NCBI RefSeq assembly: GCF_036321535.1
Contig: NC_087437.1
Span: forward strand, 105,216,001 to 105,280,000
From: Camelus dromedarius
Lineage: Eukaryota
Reading direction: 5' to 3'
Length of the DNA: 64,000 bases
Below, piece after piece: positions 13,311 through 28,437 of this stretch (positions are counted from its first letter, which is position 1; each line of letters starts with the position of its first letter). The position numbers were made by a program, and so were the translations under genes. Under the pieces are notes generated by a model that was given only the letters and a program-made list of their open reading frames with translations, had not been told where the DNA came from and made no database searches.

Positions 13311-14511
13311 GTGGTTACTGGCCTAAGGAATTTCATGTTGTTTTTGGAGAAGACAAAGGAATAAACTTTTAGACTAAACAGCTCTCCAACCAAGGAACAA
13401 AAAAAGCATTTAGTATAGAAACATTTGGGCATTCAGTAACTTCAATGAATATAAAGCTGAAGCATAATTTACTTCAAAGAACACGTGGTTACTACCTGAT
13501 CACAAACTAATGAACTCTCAAATCCTTTAAGATTGAAGCAAAGATTAGTCAGAAAATATACATTTAAAAATATTGCTAGAATGAAATTCCATCAAAATAC
13601 TTAAAAATTACCAAGAGGGAAATAAAAATGTTTTGCTTTATTTTCTAATACTCATTTAAGTGCTTTCATTATTTATAAAAGTTCTTGTTGTAGATCTTCT
13701 CTTTTATCTGTTCAATTTTTTTTTCTTTCCTTATCCAGTTTGATACTCACTACCTCCTGACTAATACGACAAAAATCCTTATTCTCATTTCATTTTTAGC
13801 TTTCCTTTTCTCATTTGTCTCTGTCCAGGGACATTAGAAAATTCATCATTTTTCATATTGACTGAGAAGCTCATAATTCACACTCCAATAGTCTATCTTG
13901 TTCCTATGCACTTATTTTTTGGAAAATTGATCATCCTTGATTTAATTCTCTTAGAGCTCAATATAAAAATTACCTAAAATTTTAAATCAACTGAAACAAA
14001 TCTATTATTCACTTCAGAAGCCAGCATTTAACTTATTGCATTGTCTCTGCAGCTTTTTGGAGTCAATGCCACTACAAATCTGCATTAGTAACACCAATGA
14101 CAAGAATTTCAGTCTCTTGAATATTATTAAAAAAATCAGCAAGCATTTTAGCTTTCCTCAGACAATGCCACATAGATGGCCCATTCCCCATATACACTTT
14201 ATTAGAGCTCTGACCTCAAGACCATTTCATGGGAAAAGAGGCGGATTCTTTGCTGTAACAACCAAAAACTAAGCCCTTTGAGGTATGACCACACTGCCAT
14301 GGTAGTGGACAACTACAACTCATGAGAGGAAGCGTTCTCTCCTGTCAGCTAACTTATTAAATTTGTATATTTCAGGTAAGATTTACGTGATTAAATAGAA
14401 AAAAAAATTCTTACAATGGCCTCCAATGGTACAGCATATGCAAGACATAATGTCAAAATGCAACCTCTCATTTTTTTTCCTTCAAATTGTCAACTGTAAG
14501 GATGGTTCATG

Positions 14512-14730
14512 ATCTTAGTCTGTCTTCAGGCTGCTATAACAAAGTATCATGGATGGGGTGGCTTGTAATCAGTAGAAATTTATTTCTCATAGTTCTAGAT
14601 TCTGGGAAATCCAAGATCAAGGTACCAGCAGATTTAACGTCTTGTGAGAACTTGCTTCCTAGTTCATAAGTGGACATCTTCTTGCTATGTCTTCACATGG
14701 CAGAAAGGAAAGGGAGCTCTTTGGTATTTA
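14512..14730 (-). mobile_element. MLT1A-type (MaLR) LTR, partial
   Basis: 'ggctgctataacaaagtatcat...agaaatttatttctcatagttctagattctgggaaatccaagatcaaggtaccagcagattt'. Confidence 0.9.
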
Positions 14731-17700
14731 TAGCCACAGTGAGTTGTGGGGGAAATCAAAATTAGAGGCCAAAAGATCAAATAAGAGGCTATTTTAACTG
14801 ACCAGGCAAAAAGTGATAGACATTAACCAAAGCCTGGGAGCTGGAGTTACAAATTAAGGAGGCTTATAGAAATAATATAGAACATATGTTTCTTTAAATG
14901 TCAGGAATGTGTCAGAGTCCTTATTTAAAGTAACTTTAAATTTCTGATATGGGCAGCTGAACAATTAATTGTGCAAAAGTTAATCTAACTTGGAAATAAT
15001 CAATTAGAAATTGGCATTTTTAGGAGACCTCATTTCTGTTACAAAATCAGATGTGTGTGTTTGAGTGTGTGTGTGTTCACTACAAATTATGAAAGAGAAT
15101 TACTAATTTATTCAGAAGAGGAGAATGTGGATTCCCAAAACAACTACAGTTATTATATATTCAACTACATTGTTCATTTAGTGAAATCTAGACTCTTAAG
15201 TCAACAAGAATCACTCGACTGAGCATTCATTTGATTCATACCAAGCCAGACAACACAGGGAATAATATAGAAGTGTAGATTACAGTGCTTGTCCTAAGTA
15301 TTGAAAGGGAAAAGACAAAGATTCACAGCCTGTGATTAATGACATTTTGAAGTTTATATTCAAGAACTAAGTAATTTGGTGAGCTGGCCACCTCCATTTA
15401 AGGGAAGGAGTGCTTTGGAATTCTGTTATCCATAGCTAGTGAAACCTGAGAAACTATTTCACCGTAGAAAATTTCTAGGCATGGCTTGCCCAACAAAAAT
15501 CAGATTTCTCTCAATATCTAATATGTTTCCTCACTCCTTACAAATGGCTTTTCCATCATTTTCCTGGTCTGAAATATATATATATTATTCTTCACTTCAG
15601 TAACTTAGGTTTATCCTTATACTAATCTAAAAGGCTAGAGAATTGATCCCCTGGTCAGTTCTTACTTGTTCTATCCCAAGGGGATAAATGTGATTTAAAA
15701 TATCATAGAGTCCAAATGCTAAGAAAGAGAGGTAAGAATATTTCCATATGGCCTCCTTGTCTTTTGTAACACTTTATTTTACTTTCTTTTTACAGATAAG
15801 AGGCATTTTTTCCTTTTCTTTTTCTAGTTTGCTGATAAATATTGTAGGTTAGGGTATAATATATAGAAGTGAAATAACTTCCCTATTAACTTTTCTCCAT
15901 AAAATTGTATTTTATCACATGAACCTAAATATCATTTTTAAAGTGGGGAAATACTACATAAGGCTCAGCTACTTAAGTTGATGTACATATTAATTAATAT
16001 ATAGAATTTAAAAGCAAGTCATGTCTAAATTATTTAGACATATCATTCTTATAGCATTTTGGAGTAAAATATAAGAAGCATTCCCAGGGTAAATTATAGT
16101 AGAAATTAACTGAAAGGTTTTTTTTAATTGGAAAGTATATTCATCAAAATGTTAAGAAAATATGAAAAAGAATCATTCTATTAAAAATTAGGTTTACTGG
16201 AGTTAATAAGCACTAGGGAAATTCTACTATTAATCAATTTAAAATAATCTTTATGAATCCTATCTAGATTTTTCTCTAGAGATTTCATATATATATGATC
16301 TCTTTCATAGCTTGATTTAAAAAATATGTGTCATGTGCATGGTTTTCCCAATGCCTGAAGGTACTGAAATACAAACCTTATGTTATCTGCAGACTCATCT
16401 TTTTTATATTGAATTGTAAATTACCACAGATGGCATTAAGCATAAGAAAATGCAAAATAAGATACATAATAATCTAAAATACTGCATTTTTGCTACAAGT
16501 AATATGTTTATTGGATCAATCTCAAACTCCCTATAGGAGGGCAAGTGTTTCCACGCTTCTACATCTTCCTAAGAATGGTTGAATCTCAGTGGTATGACCA
16601 CATTCACATCTGGTTGCACACTGAGCAATGCAGTAGCTCAGGTGATGACAAATGGCCCTGCCAGGCTTCAGGATAGTCAGTGGTTGTTACCACAATTAGA
16701 TGATCTTCAGATGTTAAAGTGTTCTGCATCAGAAAAAAATATTTAATACTAACTCTCACTGGAAGACCAATGTATGCAATAACTATAACCAGCAAGTCAA
16801 AGCTGTTCACACCCTGTCTTAGAAGGGTATCCTTTAAATCTTCTTTATAATTTCTATGTTGTGTGCCAGGATTCCAATCCCATGTCCACCCATTCTAGTT
16901 ATATAAATGTTAACTGTGAACAGATTTCAATTCTTTATGAAAATAATAAAATAATTTATGAAAATGTGAATTTTTTTCCTTTGCTACTATGGTTCATATT
17001 CCATTGCTCTATTGTAATCCAAGTAAAGAAACCATGTGTTGAAAGCAAGGAAGGCAAAAAGAATACGTGAAATTTTGTGGATTTAATTAGGAAAATGTAT
17101 ATGTTTCTTATTTCTGATCTCATTATTTTTCATTTGCAATATATGTATATATACTAAGTAAATGTTCTTATCTGCCTATAATATTTGAATCAATCATCTC
17201 TCAACCTGCCCATCTCACATTTTTGTATCCTCATTCTAAGAGAACTAACACGCAAATAATATAAACAAGATGCTGAAAGTGGGGTAAGAATTGACCAGAA
17301 GTGTTCCAAAATTATGATCAATTTCTTGTCAATGTCACTATTTTTAAAACAGTATTCACATTTTATACAAAGTGAAGCATGCTGTGATTAGATCCTAATT
17401 ACTTCGTTTTTAAAATTATTGTCTTAACGTTTAATAGGTAGATCAGAACAAAAGTCATTTGATCAAATATGTAATAGGAGAGATTTAACTACTTAATTAA
17501 ATTCTGCTTTACAACTTTTTTCCTTTGTATAAGTAATGCCTGAATTCAGTATTTGAAAACTTCAAGGAAATACACTTGAAAATATGCTTGTAAATACTTG
17601 TGATAAACTTGCAAAGGTAGTTTTCCATTTTTGTATTAATGCTGATCATTTCCTAATATTATGATAGTCATTATGAAGACTACATTATAGTTTTCTTCCC

Positions 17701-18669
17701 TTCTTTATGATTCCTATATTGAACACTACAGAGTTGTGAATCAGACATGAACCAGGATCTTGAAAAAATGAGAACAGAACAGCATATTTTAAATATAAAC
17801 TTTATAAAACCAAACAGGAATTATTTTTTATCATATCACCTTCTAAGGAAAACCATTGATGTTTTGCCTCTTTTCCACTCTATACTTCTACATGCCCTAT
17901 TTCTTCAGTTTGCCACATTTTATATCACTTAACCCAGAACTTCACCTTCATAATCACAGTGATCAGCTGAGAAGGATGTGTGATCCATAGGAATAGTGAC
18001 TATGTCATCATGCTTGGATAAAAAATATCACCAATGTAGATTTCTTTACTCAGGAATTTGCACTAAGAATATGTACAACTTATGTTATAAATCAATGTTA
18101 CCTCAGTAAAAAATGAATCTGAAAAAAAAAACCAAAACAAAAACATGAAGAATTTGCCTACCAGTGGCAAAGAAGCTTCTGAAAGGCCGTAAGTTAGGAT
18201 GAGTGAGACAATTACAGGACACATGTTACTAAATGTTGGGAGACTACTTTACTTTCTGTTAGGATCCTGAGTGGTCAGGAATGGATAATTGGGGGTGGAT
18301 TGGACAAGATAGCTACACACCAAGAAAAGGTTTTCAGGTATGATTTGTGAAATGATTGGTGCCCAGGTAGACTGTAATCGTGGTAAAAATGCTCAAAGTC
18401 TATGAAGAATGTATATAGTCAAATCTAGTTAATTTGGTGATCATTAGTCAATGCCAAAGTCAAACCAAACTGACCAATTTCTCATCATGCCAACTTAAGG
18501 GCTCAGAATAAAGAATGCCAGTGCCAGCTATAAGGAGGATGCTATGGAGAAATGTTGTCTCATAGAAGAATTCTCCCAGTGCACAGAACCCAGTAGAGTC
18601 AGATGTGCTATCCATTGCACAATCATAATAATACAACCCATTAGTCACTACTCCATATATTCTAAGACA

Positions 18670-19340
18670 GTAGGTTAATAACCGATAATATGATCAGCAG
18701 GAAGTAGGAAAGAAACCAGTGAAGGAGTGATACATGAGATGAGTTGGAAAAGTGAAGACTGTAAAAAGGAAATTCAAGGCAAAGATAATATCCTAAGTGA
18801 ATTAATATGACATTCAGAAGTTTAGGGACCTAAAATAACTTTACTGTGGCTGAAGCAAGAAGTTCTAGATAAAGACAAGTAAGAGACATAGTTGGAGGTA
18901 AAAACAGGCCCAGATAATGGAAGGGGTTTTGGTCCATTCTATGGCATTTGTATTTGGTACATAAAGTGGTGATTATTCATGTTTTAATCAGGCAAGTGAT
19001 CTGCCTAAATCTGCATTGGAGGAAGACCCTTTGAAGAACCTAATAAAGAAACCAGGTAGGTCAGTTTGCAATCTGTTATGGTACTACAGGTTACACATAA
19101 ATATGGCAAGAACAGACTGCAAACACCTTAAGAAGTTAGGATTGGAAGTCTCGGTAATTAGATGTAGGGAGTAGAGAGAGTCTGGAATAATACCTAATTT
19201 TCTTAGTTGACTGAATAAAGAAGGCTACTTTTCTCAAAGGCTGTAAGTAAAAATTATCAGATTGAGTCAGCAATAACAACTTTAGGTTTGGTCATGTTCT
19301 ACCTGTGGTGGCAATGGACCAGACAAGTGGAATTCAGGTT
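18670..19340 (-). mobile_element. L2 fragments, highly degenerate
   Basis: Purine-rich antisense-L2 text ('ttttaatcaggcaagtgatctgcctaaatctgcattgg', 'tttaggtttggtcatgttctacctgtggtg'). Confidence 0.55.
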
Positions 19341-19359
19341 AGTTATATCAAATAATCTT

Positions 19360-19580
19360 CCTGACACTTCCATTTAGATATCTGACAGACATTTCCATCA
19401 CACCATGTTCAAAGTTGAAATCCTGATTATGCTTGTTTATTTTCTGATATGCCCAAATGAATGTAATGTCCATAAAAATAGGAAATGCATTTGCCTTGTT
19501 GACCCACTGTATTATCTGTTCAGCATTGTGCAAAGCTCAAAATACGCATATAGTTAATATTTAAATGATAAGTAAATACA
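19360..19580 (+). mobile_element. L2 3' end
   Basis: 'gaatgtaatgtccataaaaataggaaatgcatttgccttgttgacccactgtatt...aatatttaaatgataagtaaat'. Confidence 0.6.
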
Positions 19581-22500
19581 AGAGGGAAAAACTGTAGTTT
19601 TATTAAAAGTTGTAAACAGCCTCAAGATGGCAGCTAAAATCCTAGGTATAAATGAAATTACTGAGAACCAGGGAATTGATAGTCTTAAATACAAGGCAAA
19701 AGGGACAATATTGTCATACTAACGTTTTTTTCCTAGAATACCATAGAACCTGAACCAAAAAGTTAAGAACTAGCAATACAGAGATTGAAAAGACTTATCT
19801 AATGAGCATCAGACACTGTGCTGGACACTTATATCACATGATCATCTCATATAAATTGCCAAGAACCTTACCATGTTTTCTTTGATTAAGTCAGATAAAT
19901 TTTTGAAATATCTATTTTAAGCACGAAGATCTGAATATAGTGTAAGTAATTATAACACTATGAAAACACATTACATACAAATATAATGTGCACCAGACGA
20001 GATAAAATAGCTAACTCTATTTCTGCAAAACAAATAAAATAACTTGTTCTTGAAAAAGCATTTTGGAAGTTACTAAAACATTTATCATAGTTGATATGTT
20101 TATACGCATTTCATATACCTCGATTTGACCAATAATTAAAAAAAAAAAATCCCATAGTTAAAATGCCTCAAGAAACACTGCTGACATGAAATGTTAATGG
20201 ACACTCATGCTGGCATTGCCAAGACATCAATTACAGAATGCAAAGTTGATAGCACTGCTGTCCTTTGTACTCAGTTTTGTACTTGTGATATATTATGCTG
20301 CTTTGCTATATATCACACTGTGGTTCAGACATTACCTACGTGACTACTGTTCTTTATCTACACTGGAAAGTATTCCTATTTTATCCAAAAGCTGCAGATG
20401 CATATTTCTGACTTAAAAAAAAAATCCTGAAGGGCAACATCAGTAATTTATTAAAATTCTTCATGGTTTATCAGCAAATAAACTCTAAAGTAACTTTTAA
20501 AATAAGTTAACAAAGTACTATGAAGTAAATGAGATTTTGGAATTCATTTTAATAAGACATTGTGCAATGGTGTTCAAGTTCATTTCTATACATGTTCCTC
20601 AGACTTGGGAGGGAAAAAAGATAGCAAGTCGTCCTTTACAAAGTTTCCCAACTGTATAAGTTTAGATTATCTTCTTCCTTGATTTAAGATTTATTTTTAA
20701 AAATAGATAAAATCATTATATGAAATAATTGGGATTTGGAGTTGAAAAAACAAGAGAGATTTCAACTCAGGCGAGGTACTGTTATTTTTTGTTGTTCGAT
20801 TTAGGTTATTTTCTGTGTGTGTATGTGTGTATTTACATTAAAAAACCTGAAAATATTATGAAATATACCAATTTACATCACACAAAAATAATTACATATG
20901 TCTTTTTAGGATTCTAACTCATATATTATGTTTTAACTTAATTCTCTAGGACTGAAAGCATGTTGCAAACCTCATGAAAGTAGAGGGGACAAAATATCTA
21001 GAGTGAAAGGTGAGGTACCAAATGCTTCTTGTGCTTAAATGAAGGCAAGTTTGACTTTGTTTTATAAATTGGGCATCCAAGATCCTTTCAAACAGAGATT
21101 CTTACTGTGAAAATATACTTTAAAACACTAATCTAAATTATATAGAGGAATACTACATAAATATGGTAACAATGGACAAAGTCTATCAGGTCTTTTTTCT
21201 TAGCCTTTTTGGAAGAGAGAGCGAGCTATCTGCTATCTCAGGTTCCGATTTTAAGGACTCAGCAGCACGATCCCACCTTTCAGAGGACGCTTTAAATCTT
21301 TGTTATCTCAAAGAGGTAAAGCCTTTTATGCCTTCTTACTGATTCAAACCTATCCTACCTATATATTTTACTCACTGACTGCTTTGTATCTATCTTGAAT
21401 TTAACTTGTCCCTTTTACATTTTTTCTTTTAACATTTTTTGTTTTTTATGACTTTGTGTTTTGAGTGGGATAATCAAATCATGGCATTATATTTGGCATG
21501 TTATCTGACTAGAACTTTATTTTCATGTTGAAAATATACTTGCTATTAAATAGATTTGTCCACCTATTGAAGGAAAATCTCTTGTAAGAAAATGTGTCTT
21601 GTGCCCGATGTTCTTTTATAGAAAGATGATGTAATTATCTTGCTACTAAATATTGTGAATTAGAAGATATATGAGCTACGACAGCTATAAAGTATATGTT
21701 AATTATGTTGATTTACAGATAAAATGGGACAAAATGTATTGCATTTGGCAACATAATGCCTATAATAGATATGTAGAATAATTTACTATACAGTATAATT
21801 GCCTATGTGTTACCTTATAGTTCTGAAGAAATTACTTGCAAGTAAGACCTATTCGGTCAACTGTGGCATCACTTTGCCATGCAAAACCATTCTCTACAGC
21901 ATATTTTTCCAGGAATTGGTCCAGTTTTAAATGATACAAACTGTAGGTCTTGGTAAGTGACTTCATAGCTGATAGAAGCATTTTATAGTGACAATGATGA
22001 TATAAATAATAGCTAAATATAAGCTGATTTTACTTTTCTCTCCTAGTGTTGTAGGGGTTAGCACAATAATTGCAGCCATTAGTGAACAATCTATCATTCT
22101 GTTAACAAGGACAAGATCTTTAAGGTCGTAAGTTCTAACATTTCAATATTTCTTGTATTCTCTAAACATCCCCAAGGCATCCTCAGTTTTAACCCTTTTA
22201 AAAAAATAATTTTTTCACCCTGAGAGGCAGCTCACTAGATTGCATCTACCTGGTATTACTGTATTCATTTTCTGTCTTGCCAGAATCATGCCAAATATAT
22301 CTAATTCCTTTTTCCAGTCATGATAGTCTTTTACATATTTCCTTCTCCTAGCTAACCTTCTTCCATTTCCTCCACCATTTCCTAAAATGTATGGTTCTAA
22401 TTGCTTCCATTATCCTTAAACCAACTCGGCACTCCAGGGGAAAATAATCAGCACAGGGAATAATGCAAACATTATCTCTCCTGTTAAATGCAATCCATGT

Positions 22501-24968
22501 TTGTCCTACTTTCTATTATTAGACATTTAGAATGTTATTTCCTTTTCTAGGTGCCTACAAATCAATAAGCTAATATAACAATAAACGATATTAAATATTA
22601 CCAATATTAACCTCTCACTGGAGTTTCTACTTACCCTGCTTTTGGGGAGAAATTTAGTTTATATTTTTCTGTCCACCATCTTCATAGTCTCATAATTCCT
22701 ATCATACAATTGACATTGCTTTAATATCATCTACAAATTCTTTCAGTATACTAAGGGGTAAATGGTCTGAGCTATTTGTCTTAGACTGATTTAGCAAGCT
22801 AGTTGTTCTTTTTAGCTTTTTCTCAATTGCCTTTGAGTATCTTTTTCTCATCAATTTTTCTATTAATTTTTATGTTAATATAATTGACTGAAACAAAAGG
22901 AAGGGAAATAAGATGGATTTGATGATTCTGTGGCTGTATTTTCTATCAACATTGATAGATGTTGATAGAATTTACCATCCATCCATTCCAAGCAGCAGAC
23001 TCAGATCACATTGTTCTTTTTCTCCTCCTCCAAATAGTGCCAAGAAAATCTGCTCCTAATTTTTGCATTTTTGCAAGTAGTAGTTTAATATTCTTATGGG
23101 TTTATAATGTCCTTATTCTTTCTTAAGTACTCATTCTCTGTTCATATTCATTAATTTTATATATGTATCTGTGCTAGAGCTTTGTGTTACATATGATATC
23201 CTTAAATAATTCATCTTTTCCTTCTTATTTTCACATCCAAAATTGCATTTTCAGAATGTCAATCTGAGGAGCTTTACAATTTTTTTTTGGTATCATCTTT
23301 CAAATTTAAGACTTTGAAGAGTTTATAATTTTTTCTCTGAAACTTGTGAAATCTTTCTTAAATCTAAGATATCCTGGAATTTCATAGTCCCCCCAACTCC
23401 ACTCCAGGTTTCATTAATGTTAATTCATTGTGGACTTATTCTTTCATTTCTTCTTAGGAACTGGTTATTAATTGACCATGAATATTGTGTCTTTTATAAT
23501 TACATTCTTTGGTTTTTCAACTTTCCAGAAAATAAAATTTTTCATGAGGCAAGTTAAGAATGTGTTACCTGCTACAGAGCATCCTTACAAAGAGCTACTT
23601 GTTTGATGTCTCTTAAATTTGATATAGTTTTGGAAATGATGGATAAATAGATGTTAAAACATTTATCAGCTTATCTTTTGTGCTTGAAGCCCTGCATTTT
23701 CACTATTATGTGTATAAGCATGGTTTTCATTTCACTTATATTGCATGGGGCTTCCTCCTTCCTGAAGTTCGTATCTTTTATAAATTTGGAATTTTTTGTT
23801 ATTTTCTCTCAGAAAATTCTCTCTCTTTTCTCTTATTCATTTTTAGAACTCCAATATGTTAGAGACTTTTTATTTGTCATCTTTTCTTTTTACATATCTT
23901 TCATCTTTTCTTTCTCTTTGTTTCTTCTGCTGAGTTCTGGATAATAAATTTAGCTTTATCTTCCTGATAACAAATATGTTCTTTAGTTCTACATAATTTG
24001 CTTTTCAACCTATCCATTGTAGCTGGGAATATGAGGATGCAAAACAGATACAAGAATACAACAGAAGCAAACTAAAAGAAAATGTTACAAATTTACTTTG
24101 ACTGTGAGGTTAAAATATTGCTTGGATATCCAATGAAGATTGTCATCAGGCATTTGGAAATATGAGAATATAGAACAGAAGTCAAAACAAGAGACATAGA
24201 AGAATTTGTGCATTCCAAGTATCATATAATGTCTTAATATACTATATTATTTACTTGTATTTTGTGCTGATTTTCAATGCTATAAAAATTAGTTTAATAG
24301 TTTATAGTAATACTAATAGCAATAATAATTTAATGTAATATAGGAAAAACTTTATCATACTCAAGGATTGCAGGCTAACCTGTTTGAGAATAATTTTAGA
24401 AGTACTGTTTAGAGAAATTGGGAAAGAGTTGTAAATAGTGAGATCTCTATGATTAACTGTACAGGGGCACCATTTATTAGAACACAATGTTATTCATCAA
24501 CCCTGTGGCCATGGACACCAAAATCTACTAGTTGGCTTACATAAAAATTACAATCTCTGACTCGCGTTTTTATTAACCCACCAATTTTTTTTATTCCATG
24601 ACTGTACATTATATTTAAAAATCATTTTATGCTGAACTTAACATTTTTCTTCATTTAGTGTAGGCATATTATTTATTTTTCTAAGTATAATGGCTGAATT
24701 ATGTTTTATATATTATTACCTGGGATCTATAATGAGGCATCAACAAACCAACAACTGACTTAAGGAAAGTAAGCTTGAATCACACAAATTTCATCAGAGG
24801 AGTGAGTAAAACTCCATTTAGGAAATTAAATGATTCCTAGGCCTGCAGGGTTGACTAGACTTATACAGACACATATAAAGAAAGACTAGTAAATGAGAAA
24901 TTGGTAATTGAGTCATCAAACACAGAAAAGGAGAAGATTTACATGGGCTAATGCTTTCAGAAGGCATC

Positions 24969-25303
24969 TGTGGTAGATTATATTATCGCAGAGCAAAAAT
25001 CGACTCTCCTTTTCCTTCCTGAATGGAAGAAATATTCTTCCCAACCCCACTGATAGTGGGCTTAGTTAATTTTGTTCCTGCCACCTCCATGAAAAGAGCA
25101 AGTCTTTGGTAGCCACTGTCATGCCAGATTGAATCCTGAATGAGAAGACTGGGAGGACAGAGCTGAATCCAATCTATAGCCTGGACCAGAATTACTAAGA
25201 GCCATCTGCATATTCATCACTGGGAAGCAATATTAATTGTTATAAATCACTGAGATTATAGCTTATTTTTATGTAGCTTTATGCAGCTAAAGATAACCAA
25301 TAT
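24969..25303 (+). mobile_element. Old MaLR LTR (MLT1H/I/J-like)
   Basis: Starts 'tgtggtagatt' and ends 'ttgttataaatcactgagatt...gcagctaaagataaccaata'. Confidence 0.7.
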
Positions 25304-26489
25304 TCAAAATCATGGTTAATATAGCAGGAGAGGTAACTTCTTAATTGAAAAAATTGAATATTCTAGCCACACTGGCAATGACCTATTTTTTGCAGAGATA
25401 GGTACATTAATACATTAAACACCAAATAATTTTCTCTGTTCTGGTTACACAGTTTTTAAAGAGCCTACCAAGATGACTGGACTACTCATAAGATTAGAGA
25501 AAAAGGATGTATTTTTTATGCTAACATAAAAATTGCATTGTTATATGTAATTTCTTTTCTTTCTCACTTGAAATGAATAAAAATTTGTCAGTCTCATATT
25601 GTTGGTAAAAGTTTCTGCTCAGATTTAGACATGGATTTATTCTATTTGAAAAACCTTCTCTGGTTTCTGAGCTTGCAGGACAAAGAATCCAATTTGAGAA
25701 AGTGGTAAATTCTTAAGGTAACTAATGATTCACTGTAGTTGCTTTTAGTGTTGGCTGTAAGCCAAGGGAAAATATCTCATTTTTCTATGCCCTGCAAGTG
25801 TGAGTTATAAATAACAGCTCTGTAAATGAGGAAAGCCTGAAATCTCAGTCAAGTGTTAAATGCAATGTTTATGTTATAACTATTATTTTCTATTTACCAA
25901 TCTAGAAAACATTGTGCATTGAGGTTTCAAGGAAGATGGAGAAATTCTTGTGACTCATTAATAAAATTCATGTTTTTTAATCTTGCACCAGGAAGTGTAA
26001 TAAAAAAAACAGAGTAGTGACAGTTTTGCCAAAGACTTGGTTAAAAGGCAATATCTCTATAGATAACAATTTGCTCTCCTGACAAATTTAAAATCACTTT
26101 TAAAGATAATATATGTTACATTGAAATCAGAGGAAGCTTTCTACCTTTGTTTTTCCTTTTATGAGACATACAAAAGACAAGGCTTCACAGGACACTAATG
26201 GGGATATTAGATTTAAAAAGTGTCTTTAACTGAGAGGATTTTAAGATCTTTTTACCCTATGTCAATTATCAAATTGTCCAAATAAAAGACAAATTTAAGA
26301 AAGGAATCAGTTATGAGGAATCATATAAAAAAGAGGGAAAAAAGACTTGAATGTAAGTGAAAGAATGATGACAGTGAAAACTAAAAGAGGTTCAGAGTTG
26401 CAGTTACAATGAATTATGCATAGACTACCCAGAAATTGCATGGAAGGAGTTAATATCGTCACCACCCAAAATAGAGATGAACATAAACT

Positions 26490-26720
26490 TAACTGCAGCA
26501 GATGAATAACAAACCCAAGCGCTATTCTAAATACTTTTCATAAACTATTTCATCGAATCTAACAAAAACTCTACGAGGATGACAATTTAATATTACTTTT
26601 ACAAATGAGGAAACTGAAGCTCAGAGTGATGAATTATCCTGTTCAAGACTGTATTGTCACTAGGTCACTAGGTGTCAGAGCCCAGATTTAAATGCAATAT
26701 GTCTAATCATGGAATCTAAG
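26490..26720 (-). mobile_element. MIR SINE
   Basis: MIR core 'ttttacaaatgaggaaactgaagctcagagtgatgaattatcctgttcaag...cagagcccagatttaaat'. Confidence 0.85.
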
Positions 26721-27670
26721 TCCTACGTTGTAACTTGAAGGCAGGAAACATACAGAGATGTGCTAGCACTGGAAGGCTGCACCCAACTGTAAATGTTGGA
26801 ATTAAGTGCATTTTGTCATGATTCAAATACACTTTAGAAACAATGGAAATGGACAGCTCCAATATCCCTGTATGATTTTTTTTTAAGTAAAAGTGTTTAT
26901 AAAAAGTGGCTTTAACATCCATTAAATAGCATTCTAAGGTTCTAAATGCACCAAGTTCATCATTTAGGATTGAGATAATACAAAATTATCAGAATCATTG
27001 TGCTATCTTCTTTTCCCATCATGGATTTGCTCTTATCTTTGTAAGCTAAAGTTAAGTAAAAGATAGAATCATGCCAAGACAATTTAGGCATGACCAAATT
27101 ATGGCTTAACTCATTTATTATGTTTCATATTGTCCCAGAGGCACTAAGAGTTCCCTATAATAAGTTCATAAGTATTTAGGTTGCCAAGTTTTTTTCTCTT
27201 TACAAATAAGGAAGTTATACCAAGACTTAATTCTGCATATGTTGTAGCATCACTGTTAACGCTCAGCTAGATGATCAATCGTACAAAAGAAGAGCAGCAC
27301 TGATTACCAATTACTGTTGCTGATGGAGCAGACATTTGTCACTTAATCCCCAGCTGAGCTTATTACAGAAAACCCACATCAATGATTTTGCTATTGTTCT
27401 AGTAGGAGAGTCTTCATGGTTCAAGTAATTTGCTGAATGTAATAAAGGACCGGAAACATGCTAAGAAATTGGTTAGCACTTTCTTTTTTGGTTTTCCAAA
27501 TTAAAATTTGAAAGGTTTTTTGGCCTGTGGTATGTCAGACACATATAGTGCTTATGCAACAAATCCTGCATCTAGCTTGAGGCATCTGAGTAGTTGAAAT
27601 ATTTTTGTTCTTCAAAGTAAAAATGAACTATTGCTCTCAATTTACCACATACTGGAAATCACAGTGACTT

Positions 27671-28437
27671 CTATTCACATATAAGTGAAATCGTATGGTG
27701 TTTCTCTTTCTCTGTCTGACTTATTTCACTTATTATAATGCCCAAAAGTCCTTCCATGCTGTTGCAAATGGCAAGATCTCATTCTCTTTAATGGCTGAAT
27801 AATGCCCCATTGTGTGTGCGTGTGTGTATGTGTGTGTGTATACATATATAGCCACGTTTTCTTTGTACCTTATGCTTCCATGGACATTTATGTTCTTTCC
27901 ATGTCTTTTTTATTATAAATAATACTGCAATGGACATGGGTGGGTGGGTGTCTTTTCCCCATTATGGGTAAATACCCAGACATGGAATTGTTGGATTATA
28001 TGGTATTCCATTTTTAATTTTTGAAGAATCTGCAAACTGTTTTTCATACTAGCTGCACAAATGTACATTCCCACCAATAGTGCACAAGTATTTCCTTTTT
28101 CCCACATTCTGCCCAACACTAGCTATTTCTTATCAATTAATAATAGCCATTCTAACAGGTATGAAGTAATGTCTTGTGGTTTTGCTTTGTATTTCTTTGA
28201 TGATTAGTGATGTTGAGCATCTTTTAATGCACCTGTTGGCCATCTAGAAACCTTCTTTGGGAAAATGTCTATTTAGATCCTATATATTGAGTTGTATGAA
28301 TTTTTTTGTATATTTATAGATATTTACCTCTTTTCAGATATATAATTTACAAATATTTGCTTCCATTCCATAAGTTACATCTTCATTATATTAATGATTT
28401 CTTTCCTTGGGTAGAAGACTTTTAGTTTGATATATAC
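27671..28437 (-). mobile_element. L1 fragment (ORF2 C-terminus / start of 3' UTR)
   Basis: ORF 27913-28119 (MWEKGNTCALLVGMY...) is shifted-frame L1 ORF2 C-terminal sequence. The DNA reads 'tgattagtgatgttgagcatcttttaatgcacctgttggccatct'. Confidence 0.93.

Noticed and set aside
20284..20317. Hairpin tgtgatatat...atatatcaca as a pre-miRNA
   Set aside because: The stem is only 10 bp, AT-rich and does not extend, which is expected by chance.
21203..21315. Possible coding exon (tttttcttAG...GAG|GTAAAG)
   Set aside because: The donor is weak, the one open frame gives no recognisable peptide, and I found no partner exons.
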